NCBI GenBank assembly: GCA_034190305.1 | Contig: JAXHSV010000002.1 | Coordinates: 1-37,127 of the forward strand | Source: Planctomycetota bacterium | Lineage (GTDB): Bacteria > Planctomycetota > Phycisphaerae > SM23-33 | Length of the DNA stretch: 37,127 bases | Direction of reading: 5' to 3' | Shown here: positions 15,705 through 24,865 of the stretch, piece after piece | Position numbering within the stretch: the first letter of the stretch is position 1 | How the letters are laid out: each line of letters opens with the position of its first letter | Position numbers and translations under genes: made by a program | Notes under the pieces: model-generated | Databases searched by the model: none | Told to the model about the DNA's origin: nothing | What the model saw: the letters and a program-made list of their open reading frames with translations, nothing else

Positions 15705-15765
15705 ACATTGGACGTTGGACATTAGTCATTGAATAGACATTGGTCATTAGACATTAGTCATTAAG
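15701..15765. repeat. Right inverted-repeat arm flanking the four-helix-bundle gene: two ~32-nt direct repeats
   Basis: gacattagtcatt occurs at 15718-15730 and 15750-15762; agacattgg occurs at 15703-15711 and 15735-15743. The arm is complementary to 15290-15341. Confidence 0.8.
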
Positions 15766-15808
15766 TCAGCAGCGAGAAAGGCAGGCTAATTCAATAGATG
15801 GGTTATTC

Positions 15809-17092
15809 ATGAGACGGCGAGTAGTCATAACGGGCATGGGATGTGTAACGCCGCTGGGACACGACGTGGAATCAACATGGTCGGCCCTTCTGGCGGGCAA
15901 GAGCGGCATCAGCCCAACCGATTTGTTTGACGCCGAGACGTTCCCTACGACATTTTCATCCCAGGTCAGGGATTTTCAACTCCCGGAAGCACTGTCTGAA
16001 ACCGGAAGGCATGACCGCGCCGGCAGACAGACTAAATTCGCCCTCGCCGCCGCCCTGGAGGCGTGGAAGCAATGCGGGCTGGGCGAAGCCGACGGGCACG
16101 ACCCGGCGCGAATGGGCATCTACCTGGGTTCGGGAGAGGGGAGCCTGGACTTCGATAATTTCACCGGACTTTTAATCGACGCCTGGGGCAATGACGGAAA
16201 ACTGGATACCGTCCGATGGGCCAAACTGGCGCTTGAACGAATGAATGTCCACCGCGAGCAGGAACAGGAGGCCAACATGGTGGTCTCACACCTCGCCGGT
16301 CAATTCAATATCCAGGGTCCGGCGTTCAATATTTTGACCGCCTGCGCCGCCAGCACCCAGGCCATCGGCGAAGCGACTATGATCCTCCGCAGGGGCGACG
16401 CAGACGTCATAATGACAGGCGGGGCTCACAGCATGATCCACCCCTACGGCGTAACCGGCTTCAATCGCCTAAACGCCCTTTCGACTCGCAATGATGAAAT
16501 GCTGACAGCATCAAGGCCTTTCGACCTTACACGCGACGGCTTCGTCCTGGGCGAAGGGGCGGGCATCCTCATACTGGAGGAATACGAATTCGCCCGACAA
16601 CGGGGAGCAAAGATACTGGCCGAGATTATCGGTTACGGCTCCAGCGCCGACGCCTACCGCATCACCGATCAGGACCCCAACGGCGACGGTGGCGCCGCCG
16701 GTATGCGGGCCGCTATGGAAGACGCCGGTGTAAAACCCGAGCAGATAGATTACATCTCCGCACACGGAACCAGCACGCCGCAGAATGACTCGGTCGAAAC
16801 ACGAGCAATTAAAGCGGTCTTCGACGACCTGGCGAAAAAAGTTCCCGTTTCGTCTGTAAAAGGTTCAGCCGGACACCTCATCGCCGCCGCCGGCGTAACA
16901 GAACTGATTACCTGCGTGCTTGCCCTGCGCGACCAGATTCTGCCGCCGACGATGAACCTTCACACGCCCGACCCGGACTGCGACCTCGATTACATTCCCA
17001 ATGAACCCCGAAAGGCCGACGTCCGCACCGTTATGAGCAACTCCTTCGGTTTCGGCGGTCAAAACGATACGCTGATCATTACCAACATCTAG
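15809..17092 (+). CDS. beta-ketoacyl-ACP synthase II-type condensing enzyme (canonical Cys-His-His)
   Basis: 427 aa. LTACAAS (Cys), AHGTSTPQND (His), SSVKGSAGHLIAAAG (Lys, His), FGFGGQN. It carries a ~15-aa insertion relative to E. coli FabF around residues 110-150. Confidence 0.85.
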   Translation: MRRRVVITGMGCVTPLGHDVESTWSALLAGKSGISPTDLFDAETFPTTFSSQVRDFQLPEALSETGRHDRAGRQTKFALAAALEAWKQCGLGEADGHDPARMGIYLGSGEGSLDFDNFTGLLIDAWGNDGKLDTVRWAKLALERMNVHREQEQEANMVVSHLAGQFNIQGPAFNILTACAASTQAIGEATMILRRGDADVIMTGGAHSMIHPYGVTGFNRLNALSTRNDEMLTASRPFDLTRDGFVLGEGAGILILEEYEFARQRGAKILAEIIGYGSSADAYRITDQDPNGDGGAAGMRAAMEDAGVKPEQIDYISAHGTSTPQNDSVETRAIKAVFDDLAKKVPVSSVKGSAGHLIAAAGVTELITCVLALRDQILPPTMNLHTPDPDCDLDYIPNEPRKADVRTVMSNSFGFGGQNDTLIITNI

Positions 17093-17152
17093 AGTGCTCA
17101 TCCTGCGGCTTGCAACCAGGCTACCCTGCACGCTACCATAGTCAGTTATATT

Positions 17153-18259
17153 ATGATCGTCATAGCAACAGAATTGTCAACATCGGCCAAACTGTGGGAA
17201 TTCATAACGCATTACTGGGCGGCGCTGGTAATCGCGGCAACGTGCCTGAGCCTGCTGACCTTTGCGCTGCTGCTGCTGACCAAGTACGTCCGCATATGCC
17301 TGAATATCTTCACCGATACCCCCCTGCCGCTGTCCATTGACGCCAGGGATTTCCAGGTAATCCAGGGCGAGGAGGTCCGCTTCCGCAGTTTCGACGGCAC
17401 GAGTCTGAGAGGCATGTGGCTGCGGACGACAAGCGGTACAGATCGCAAGGGAACTATCGTCTTTTGTCATGAGTTCGGTTCCGATATGTACAGTTGCGCC
17501 CGGTACACCAAGCCGCTCATAGAGGCAGGATTTGACATCTTCACTTTCGATTTCCGGGGACATGGGGACAGCAGCCGCCCGCAAAACTACCGCATTCTGC
17601 AGTGGCCTTCGGATAAGGAACTCGAAGACACCCTGGGAGCATGTGCCTACGTGGAGGACTGCCTCTTATCGGCGGGTGAACCGGTACAGATCGGCGTCTT
17701 CGGCATCAGTCGAGGGGCGGGTGCAGCCATTTTGACGGCAAGTTCAAACCGAAACATCGCCTGCCTCGTTTGCGACGGAGCATTCAGCACCGCCGAGACG
17801 CTCCTGACTCTTATGAAGCGCTGGGCATCCATCTTCGGGCGCGTCAGGCTTGTCTATCAGAACCACCCCGATGCGTTCTGGCGGTTCCTTCTGTGGTGCA
17901 TGATGCGATTTGCCCAGCCAAGGCTTGGTCGGCGATTCCCCTCCGTTCGAAAGGCGCTGGAAAATATGATCGCCCGCCCGACAATGTTTATCCACGGTCA
18001 GAGGGACAGTTACGTCAGGCCCGACCAGGCCGAACTGCTCCACCGCGCCGCAGGACAACCCAAATACCTCTGGATTGTCCCGAAAGCCAAGCACAACCAA
18101 TCCGTTACCACCGCGCCTGAAGAGTATGCAGCCAGGACAACCGCGTTCTTCCGCAAGTATCTCGCCGACGAAAATGTCGATGAAGTTGAAATTACCGGCA
18201 AAGCAACCCGCGGGAATTACTCGAAGGTAAAAGACCGCTTCTCGAAGGTTACGCAATGA
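17153..18259 (+). CDS. membrane-anchored alpha/beta-fold hydrolase
   Basis: 368 aa. N-terminal TM helix (WAALVIAATCLSLLTFALLLL), nucleophile elbow GISRG, and candidate acid and His residues in HGQRDSY and KAKHNQ. Confidence 0.7.
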   Translation: MIVIATELSTSAKLWEFITHYWAALVIAATCLSLLTFALLLLTKYVRICLNIFTDTPLPLSIDARDFQVIQGEEVRFRSFDGTSLRGMWLRTTSGTDRKGTIVFCHEFGSDMYSCARYTKPLIEAGFDIFTFDFRGHGDSSRPQNYRILQWPSDKELEDTLGACAYVEDCLLSAGEPVQIGVFGISRGAGAAILTASSNRNIACLVCDGAFSTAETLLTLMKRWASIFGRVRLVYQNHPDAFWRFLLWCMMRFAQPRLGRRFPSVRKALENMIARPTMFIHGQRDSYVRPDQAELLHRAAGQPKYLWIVPKAKHNQSVTTAPEEYAARTTAFFRKYLADENVDEVEITGKATRGNYSKVKDRFSKVTQ

Positions 18260-19908
18260 GCCTTGCGCGTATATTACTTCGACCGGCCGCTCGCATCGCC
18301 GGAATGCGCGCTTCCCGGCAGGCCCGCGCGTTCATGGACTCGCACAGACACACCCGCAGAGTGCAGGAGTCGCTGCTTGACAGGCTCATCAAGGCCGCCT
18401 CCGACAGCGAATTCGGACGCGAACACAATTTCGGCCGAATCCGCTCTTACGAAGATTTCGCCTCCGCCGTACCGATTGGAGACTATGAAACCCACCGCCG
18501 ATACGTCGAGCGTGTACTTTCGGGCCAGGTCGATGCGATGTTCGCTCCGGGGACAAAGATTCGCATGTTCGCCGTTACCAGCGGAACCACCGGTTCGCCG
18601 AAGCATATTCCGGTTACAGAGCAATTCCTCCGCGATTACCGTCGAGGCTGGAACATCTTCGGAATACAGATGCTTAAGGACCATCCCGACGGCTGGCTGC
18701 GAAAGATAATTACGATCGGCTCATCTGCCCGCGAAAACACCAGCCCGACCGGGCTTCCATGCGGCGCCATCAGCGGTCTGCTGGTGGAAAACCAGCAATG
18801 GGTCGTCCGAAAGATGTACCCGGTCTCGCCACAGGTCAACGATATCGGCGATGCCTCCGAAAAGTACTACGCCATCATGCGATCGTCCGTCGCTCAAGAT
18901 ATCGGAATCATCATCACCCCCAACCCCTCCACGGCGGTCAAACTGGCGCAGATCGCACGCGACAACGCCGAGCGTCTTATCCGCGATGTCCGCGACGGTA
19001 CTATAAGCATCTCCGAAGCCGCATCAATCGAAGCAATGAACGGATTGTCGTTTCGCCCGAACCGCTACGCTGCAAAGCGGCTGGAGGAAATCATCCAACG
19101 CCATGGGCAACTCCTTCCGAAATACTTCTGGAACCTCAGTTTCATGCTAATGTGGACGGGCGGAACGGTCGGGCTGTACCTGCCGAGCATCCGCCGCTAC
19201 TACGGCGACGCGCCCATACGCGACATGGGACTTCTGGCCAGCGAAGGCAGGTTGTCGGTGCCCCTGGCGGATAATTCAGCCTCCGGCGTGGCGGAAATCA
19301 CCTCCAATTTTTTCGAGTTTATCCCAGCCGACCAAATCGAATCGGCCGGTCCCGACGTGCTCGGCGCACATGAACTCAGTCAGGGAGAGGAATATTTCGT
19401 CTTGTTTTCCAACTGGTCCGGGCTGTGGCGGTACAATATCGACGACCGCATTCGTGTAACGGGCCGGTTCGGCGACAGCCCCGTCTTTGAATTCCTCTCC
19501 AAGGGTATGCACGCCTGTTCAATCACAGGCGAGAAGATTACCGAGCACCAGGTGGTCCGCGCCATGGAAGCGGCGTCGGCCCGGGCCGGCGCGGGCATTG
19601 AACAGTTCGTCCTGCAGGGGCATTTCGCCGAGACACCATACTATGAGTTACGCATCGAAGCGTCTGACAAGGTGAACATCATATCACTGGCCCAGGATAT
19701 GGACAAGGCCTTGTGCGGGCTTAACGTCGAATACGATTCCAAACGCCGCTCGGGCAGGCTTGGACCGATACGCCCTGTAGGCGTACCGGCGGGCGCCTTC
19801 GCCGAACAGCAGGCCAGGCAAATCAATCATCACCGCAACCGCCCTGAACAGTACAAGCACAAATTCCTGATGACCGAAGTAGTCAATGCCCCGCCAACCT
19901 GGCAATAA
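18256..19908 (+). CDS. GH3 auxin-responsive-promoter-family protein (acyl acid-amido synthetase-like adenylating enzyme)
   Basis: 550 aa. TSGTTGSPKHIPVT, LWRYNIDDRIRVTG and ITGEKITE are typical GH3 (PF03321-type) motifs. The start overlaps the hydrolase stop (ATGA at 18256-18259). Confidence 0.8.
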   Translation: MSLARILLRPAARIAGMRASRQARAFMDSHRHTRRVQESLLDRLIKAASDSEFGREHNFGRIRSYEDFASAVPIGDYETHRRYVERVLSGQVDAMFAPGTKIRMFAVTSGTTGSPKHIPVTEQFLRDYRRGWNIFGIQMLKDHPDGWLRKIITIGSSARENTSPTGLPCGAISGLLVENQQWVVRKMYPVSPQVNDIGDASEKYYAIMRSSVAQDIGIIITPNPSTAVKLAQIARDNAERLIRDVRDGTISISEAASIEAMNGLSFRPNRYAAKRLEEIIQRHGQLLPKYFWNLSFMLMWTGGTVGLYLPSIRRYYGDAPIRDMGLLASEGRLSVPLADNSASGVAEITSNFFEFIPADQIESAGPDVLGAHELSQGEEYFVLFSNWSGLWRYNIDDRIRVTGRFGDSPVFEFLSKGMHACSITGEKITEHQVVRAMEAASARAGAGIEQFVLQGHFAETPYYELRIEASDKVNIISLAQDMDKALCGLNVEYDSKRRSGRLGPIRPVGVPAGAFAEQQARQINHHRNRPEQYKHKFLMTEVVNAPPTWQ

Positions 19909-19938
19909 AAAACCGGAGCGACCTTCAGGCCGCTCCGG
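19904..19938 (-). terminator. Rho-independent terminator of the prepilin-like gene (possibly bidirectional)
   Basis: Hairpin ccggagcg-a-cct-tc-agg-c-cgctccgg (19913-19938). On the minus strand it is followed by TTTTTTATT (19912-19904). Confidence 0.7.
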
Positions 19939-19970
19939 AATGGTGTTACTCCGCTACTTCAATCCCCGAC

Positions 19971-20855
19971 CTAATTAGTTTCCTTAATCGGCCCGATCAG
20001 GAAACTGTCAACTGTTGACAGATGGTCGGCTAAGTCTATGCTCCCCTCTCCCTGCGTACCCTCGTCGCTCTCGCCGGATGCGCTGTAGATGTTATCGTCG
20101 TCGATTCCAACGTCAGCCCGACTCTCACTGGCTGATACATGATAGTCGGCGTAGAGAACATTGATGGCGTCGCCGGAAAGGTGGTTCTGACTCATGCCCC
20201 TCTTCCTATTCTTATCGCTCAGCGAACTGCTCCAGTCAATCAACGCCGTGGGACTATCATCGTCGTCATCAGTCTTATCGAATTCCGGGGTCTTGTCGGC
20301 CATAATCGCCAACCCTCCCTTGCTGGAGGTCGTATAGCCGGCTTTGTAGTCCATGCCGCCGCTACTAATCGGCGCCTGGAAACTGTAACTAATCTTCGTG
20401 GAGTTAGCCGCGCCGTTTGAAGGGTCGTCCACTTCCGCATCGTAGAAATCCCAGTAATAGTAAGTCTCGTTGCTTTCGGTAAACCTGACGGTCTGCATCT
20501 TGCTGGCGTTACCGTCGCTGGGACAGCGGAATATATCCGCAGGCTGACCCGAGCGAACCACCAGGAACATCAAGGCCGTCGGACTCACCAACGCCGGTGT
20601 CGTCAGGCTTTTTGCATTCGTTCCGGTTTTGACCGACGACCATGTGATACTTCTTATCCACGGTGCAGAATCGTCATTCGCGCTAGCATAGAGCACTAAG
20701 CCCTTCCCGACTCCGTTGAGGTTGGCTGCACAGAGCGCCTGCCTGGCCATTTCCTTCGCACGTCCCAGCGTTGGCAGAAGTATTGACACCAAAAGTGCGA
20801 TAATCGCAACGACCACCAACAACTCAACCAATGTGAAACCTTTCGTTCGCTTCAT
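19971..20855 (-). CDS. prepilin-type N-terminal cleavage/methylation domain protein (type II secretion pseudopilin-like, DUF1559-like)
   Basis: ATG 20855 gives MKRTKGFTLVELLVVVAIIALLVSILLP. Near the C-terminus, NHLSGDAINVLYADYHV resembles the H-X9-DG motif but with different spacing. The tail is acidic and Ser/Asp-rich. Confidence 0.8.
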   Translation of the reverse strand: MKRTKGFTLVELLVVVAIIALLVSILLPTLGRAKEMARQALCAANLNGVGKGLVLYASANDDSAPWIRSITWSSVKTGTNAKSLTTPALVSPTALMFLVVRSGQPADIFRCPSDGNASKMQTVRFTESNETYYYWDFYDAEVDDPSNGAANSTKISYSFQAPISSGGMDYKAGYTTSSKGGLAIMADKTPEFDKTDDDDDSPTALIDWSSSLSDKNRKRGMSQNHLSGDAINVLYADYHVSASESRADVGIDDDNIYSASGESDEGTQGEGSIDLADHLSTVDSFLIGPIKETN

Positions 20856-21166
20856 AATAGTACTCTCCCTATTCTTTCCCAACTGTTCCTTTTGTTCCGC
20901 CGGGATATACTACACAATATACCTTTCCTGTCCGGCTTACATCGTTTGCGGTAGAGGGTTCATTTATGGGGCGTGGGATATTATGGAAGAGTCCATGCAA
21001 CCACAATTACCCTCTGCCGAATCCTACACTTTAATAATAGCAAGTTTACATGGTCCATGTCAATAGCATATCCAGATTTTTTTGCCCCTTTTTAGACGAC
21101 CATTTCAGCCGTTTTTAGCGGCCTGGAGAATCAGGCGAACCGCCGGTCCGGAAAACAAACCTTGTA

Positions 21167-21195
21167 TTGACACAAATCCGCAACGGGCATACTCT
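21167..21195 (+). promoter_or_regulatory. candidate sigma70-type promoter of the UDP-sugar pyrophosphorylase gene
   Basis: TTGACA (21167-21172), 17-bp spacer, TACTCT (21190-21195). It would give a very short leader before ATG 21206. Confidence 0.3.
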
Positions 21196-21205
21196 GTCGA
21201 AGACA

Positions 21206-22645
21206 ATGGCGGCCCTGGAAACAAAAAGAAAACTCCTCCGCACATTCGGGCAGGAACATCTGCTGACCTTTTACGATGAACTCGACCGGGCGTCCCAATC
21301 GGCCCTTCTGGAACAGATTTCCGGCATAGATTTTGAACAACTCACAGGGTTGATACGATCGCATGTTCTTTCCGAGCCGACAGCAGGCATTCCTGCAAAT
21401 CCGTCTCCCGCCCCTATTCTACCGTCCAGGCCCGCCGACGAGGTGTCATCCAACTCATACCACCGCGCCAGGCGGCGAGGGGAAGAACTTATATCTACCG
21501 GCCGGGTGGCTGGGTTCGTCGTCGCCGGCGGGGAAGGAACGCGACTCGGATTCGACGGACCGAAGGGTTGTTTCCCCGTCACACCGGTCAGACACAAGAG
21601 CCTCTTCCAGGTTTTCGCCGAGCAGATACTCTCGGCTGTCCGTCGTTACGGTGCGACCATCCCGTGGTACATAATGACCAGTCAGACCAACGACGGCGCC
21701 ACCCGTGAATTCTTCAATGAGAATAATTACTTCGGCCTGAACCGCCGGGACGTATTTTTATTCACGCAGGGACAGATGCCGGTAACGGACCTGAACGGGA
21801 AAATCCTCCTGTCCGACAAGGGTTCGATCGCCTTCAGCGGCGAGGGCCACGGCGGATGCCTCAGCGCGTTGCGCCAAAGCGGCGCCCTGGACGACATGGC
21901 CGCACGCGGCATCGAGTACATCTCCTATTTCCAAGTGGACAACCCGCTGAATCATTGCATCGACCCGCTCTTTATAGGGCTGACCGCCGACGTCTGCGCC
22001 GAGATGTCCGCAAAGGCGATCCCGAAACGCGGACCGATGGAAAAACTCGGGAACTTCTGCATGGTCGACGGAAAAGTAACGGTCATCGAATACTCCGATC
22101 TTCCCGAAGAAGCCGCCCGCCAAACCAAGCGGGACGGTTCGCTCGTTTTCAGCTCCGGAAGCATCGCTATTCACATCCTCTCTCGCAGGTTCGTCGAACG
22201 ACTGACAGCCGACGGACACTGCAGGCTGCCGTTTCACCGGGCAATCAAGAAGTCCGCTTACATCGACCCGTCCGGGACGCTTGTCGAACCGGCTGAACCG
22301 AACGCCGTAAAGTTCGAGCGGTTCGTTTTCGACGCTATGCCGCTGGCCGAGAAGGTCGTGGTTCTGGAAACGCTTCGGTCCGAAGAGTTCTCACCCGTCA
22401 AGAACGCAGACGGAGAGGGAAGCCCCGCAACATCCATTCGAGACCAGGTTCGCCGGGCGGCACGCTGGCTGGAATCGGCGGGGCTGACCGTTCCAAAAAA
22501 CGACGACGGCGAACCGGACGCAGTCATCGAAATCAGCCCACTGCTTGCAAGCGACGCCGAGCAACTCGCCGAAAACATCGACCCGAACCTGAAAATCAAG
22601 GCTGGAGAAAATGTCTATCTTGACACGCCTTCGCCGGAACGTTAG
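21206..22645 (+). CDS. UDPGP-family UDP-sugar / UDP-N-acetylglucosamine pyrophosphorylase (eukaryotic UAP1-like type)
   Basis: ORF 21167..22645; start taken at ATG 21206 (MAALETKRKLLRTFGQEHLL...). VAGGEGTRLGFDGPKG, YFQVDNPL and KFERFVFD are UDPGP (PF01704-type) motifs. Confidence 0.8.
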   Translation: MAALETKRKLLRTFGQEHLLTFYDELDRASQSALLEQISGIDFEQLTGLIRSHVLSEPTAGIPANPSPAPILPSRPADEVSSNSYHRARRRGEELISTGRVAGFVVAGGEGTRLGFDGPKGCFPVTPVRHKSLFQVFAEQILSAVRRYGATIPWYIMTSQTNDGATREFFNENNYFGLNRRDVFLFTQGQMPVTDLNGKILLSDKGSIAFSGEGHGGCLSALRQSGALDDMAARGIEYISYFQVDNPLNHCIDPLFIGLTADVCAEMSAKAIPKRGPMEKLGNFCMVDGKVTVIEYSDLPEEAARQTKRDGSLVFSSGSIAIHILSRRFVERLTADGHCRLPFHRAIKKSAYIDPSGTLVEPAEPNAVKFERFVFDAMPLAEKVVVLETLRSEEFSPVKNADGEGSPATSIRDQVRRAARWLESAGLTVPKNDDGEPDAVIEISPLLASDAEQLAENIDPNLKIKAGENVYLDTPSPER

Positions 22646-22662
22646 GCTCTTTTGAAGCACTC

Positions 22663-22746
22663 GCCCGGGTGGCGGAACTGGCAGACGCGCCAGCTTGAGG
22701 GGCTGGTCTCCCTTGGGAGGTGCAGGTTCAAATCCTGTCCCGGGCA
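22663..22746 (+). tRNA. tRNA-Leu (anticodon GAG)
   Basis: Hand-folded cloverleaf: acceptor GCCCGGG/CCCGGGC, anticodon stem CCAGC/GCTGG with loop TTGAGGG, long variable arm TCTCCCTTGGGAGGT, T-loop TTCAAAT. Followed by a T-run. Confidence 0.9.
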
Positions 22747-22820
22747 TTTTTTATTTCCGATCTCCAATTTCCGATTTACCTTACTGCGATAGAAGCCTGC
22801 CTTCAAAGGATGACTGATAA

Positions 22821-23462
22821 GTGGATTTGATTGTTTTTCTGTCACAGGCTGTTGTAATTTCATTTTCGGGTGTTATGGCGCCCGGACCGGTAACGGCTGT
22901 AACGCTCGGACTTGGGGCGCGAAACCGACATGCGGGCGCTTTGGTGGCTATCGGGCACGGGATCGTGGAATTCCCCCTGATGGTGCTGATTATCCTGGGC
23001 ATAGGAGGGATGTTTGAGATTCCCGCGGTTCGGATCGGAATCGGACTGGCCGGCGGCGCGATGTTGATCGCGATGAGCGTAAGCATGCTCATGCAGGTCA
23101 GGAAGCCCGCCCCCTCCCAAAGCGCCCCCGCCATCAGAGGGCCGGTGTTGACCGGAATCCTCCTGTCGATCGGAAATCCATATTTCCTGCTCTGGTGGGC
23201 GACTGTGGGGCTTGCCCTTGCTTCCCAGGCGGTCAGCCTGGGGCTTATTGCGTTCGTGTTTTTCGCGGTCCTGCATTGGTTATGCGACCTTGTCTGGCTC
23301 GAAGCGCTGTCGGCGGCGAGTTACCGAGGCTCAAGAATCATCGGAGGCGCAAGCCGGCGGATCGTCATGGCAATCTGCGCCGCAGCCCTGTTTTTCTTCG
23401 GCCTGGTGTTCCTGTTCAAAGGCGCCAGGAGACTGATAGGCGCAGCCACGGAATCCGCCTGA
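22821..23462 (+). CDS. LysE/RhtB-family amino-acid exporter
   Basis: 213 aa with a GTG start and about 6 TM helices. The N-terminal SGVMAPGPVT and the central GNPYFLLWW are typical of LysE-type translocators. Confidence 0.7.
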   Translation: MDLIVFLSQAVVISFSGVMAPGPVTAVTLGLGARNRHAGALVAIGHGIVEFPLMVLIILGIGGMFEIPAVRIGIGLAGGAMLIAMSVSMLMQVRKPAPSQSAPAIRGPVLTGILLSIGNPYFLLWWATVGLALASQAVSLGLIAFVFFAVLHWLCDLVWLEALSAASYRGSRIIGGASRRIVMAICAAALFFFGLVFLFKGARRLIGAATESA

Positions 23463-23552
23463 CACTCTTTACCTTCAAAGACAACAAACAAGGCCTCCCC
23501 ATGAGATCAAGGGTCCGTGGACGAACGAATGTAATTCGCGATGCGGAGCGAA

Positions 23553-24857
23553 TCATTTTCTTTCCAGCGACTTTTCGACTTCGTGCGAGAGTCTTATCGC
23601 GCACCATTGCCGCCCGCACATTGCACAGTAGTCTTCGTCGGTGGGCATGTCTCTGCGGTGGATTTGCTTTGCTGCCTCGCCGTCGAAGGCGAGTTCAAAT
23701 TGCTTCGCCCAGTCCAGTTCGGCCCGCGCCTCGGAGATGGCGTCGTCGCGGTCCCTCGCGCCGGACCTGCCAAGTGCAACGTCCGCTGCGTGCGCGGCGA
23801 TCTTGTAGGCGATACATCCCGTTTTGACATCTTCGGGCGACGGGAGCGTAAGATGCTCGGCCGGCGTAACGTAGCACAGGAACGAGGCTCCGTGATAAGC
23901 GGCCATGGTTGCACCTATCGCCGAGGTAATGTGATCGAAACCCGGAAAGATATCCGTTACGATAGGCCCAAGGACGTAGAATGGCGCACCGTCGCAGAGT
24001 TGCTCCTGGCGCTTCATGTTCATTTCTATCTGGTCGAGCGGGATATGCCCCGGCCCTTCGACCATGCACTGGACGCCGGAAGCCCGCGCTCTGCCCACCA
24101 GTTCGCCAAGCGTCGCCAACTCGGCAAATTGCGCATCGTCCGACGCGTCGGCAAGGCACCCGGGACGGAGGCCGTCGCCAAGCGAGTAGGATACGTCATA
24201 CTCGCGGCAGATGGCGGAAATCTCATCGAACATCTCGTAAAGCGGGTTCTGCCGATTGTGATGCAGCATCCATTTAGCCAGCAAACTCCCGCCGCGAGAG
24301 ACGATTCCCATTTTCCTCGGCCTGACAAGTTCCAGATGCTCTCGCAGCAGCCCGGCGTGGATCGTAAAGAAATCGACGCCCTGGGCGGCCTGGGCGGTGA
24401 TGGTCGCCAGCATCTGATCGGGTGTCAGGTCCTCAATGTCCCGCTCGGCGATCATTGAATATACGGGAACCGTTCCGAGCGGAACGGATGAGTTCGCAAT
24501 CAGGTGCGTGCGGATTTCGTCCAGGTCCCCGCCGGTGGATAAATCCATGACGGTGTCGGCTCCGTATTGGACGGCCCAGCGAAGTTTTGTCAGTTCCATG
24601 TCCCGGCAGGAACTGTTCGGCGAAGCGCCGATATTGGCGTTAATCTTGACGGTAAGGGCCCTTCCGATACCGATCGGGTCGAGTTTGACGCCCGTTTCGC
24701 CGTCGCCGAGAAGGTGCAGGCGGTTTGCGGGGATGACAAGCCGGCCGGCAGCGACCTCGGCGCGGATTAATTCGGCGTCGAGGCGCTCGCGCCGGGCGAC
24801 TCGTTCCATTTCCGGCGTTATTTCACCGGCGACGGCATGTTGGTATTGCGTCGGCAT
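23553..24857 (-). CDS. thiC: phosphomethylpyrimidine synthase
   Basis: ATG 24857 (MPTQYQHA...) is preceded by AGGAG. Family-wide ThiC similarity is present ([30 protein letters not shown]-terminal CAMCG.. cluster). Confidence 0.9.
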   Translation of the reverse strand: MPTQYQHAVAGEITPEMERVARRERLDAELIRAEVAAGRLVIPANRLHLLGDGETGVKLDPIGIGRALTVKINANIGASPNSSCRDMELTKLRWAVQYGADTVMDLSTGGDLDEIRTHLIANSSVPLGTVPVYSMIAERDIEDLTPDQMLATITAQAAQGVDFFTIHAGLLREHLELVRPRKMGIVSRGGSLLAKWMLHHNRQNPLYEMFDEISAICREYDVSYSLGDGLRPGCLADASDDAQFAELATLGELVGRARASGVQCMVEGPGHIPLDQIEMNMKRQEQLCDGAPFYVLGPIVTDIFPGFDHITSAIGATMAAYHGASFLCYVTPAEHLTLPSPEDVKTGCIAYKIAAHAADVALGRSGARDRDDAISEARAELDWAKQFELAFDGEAAKQIHRRDMPTDEDYCAMCGRQWCAIRLSHEVEKSLERK

Positions 24858-24865
24858 TTTCACTC

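Noticed and set aside
23534-23553. Hairpin attcgc-gatgcgga-gcgaat plus T-rich run as the LysE terminator
   Set aside because: The stem is only 6 bp and AT-rich, and it overlaps the thiC stop codon. It is too weak to call without transcript data.
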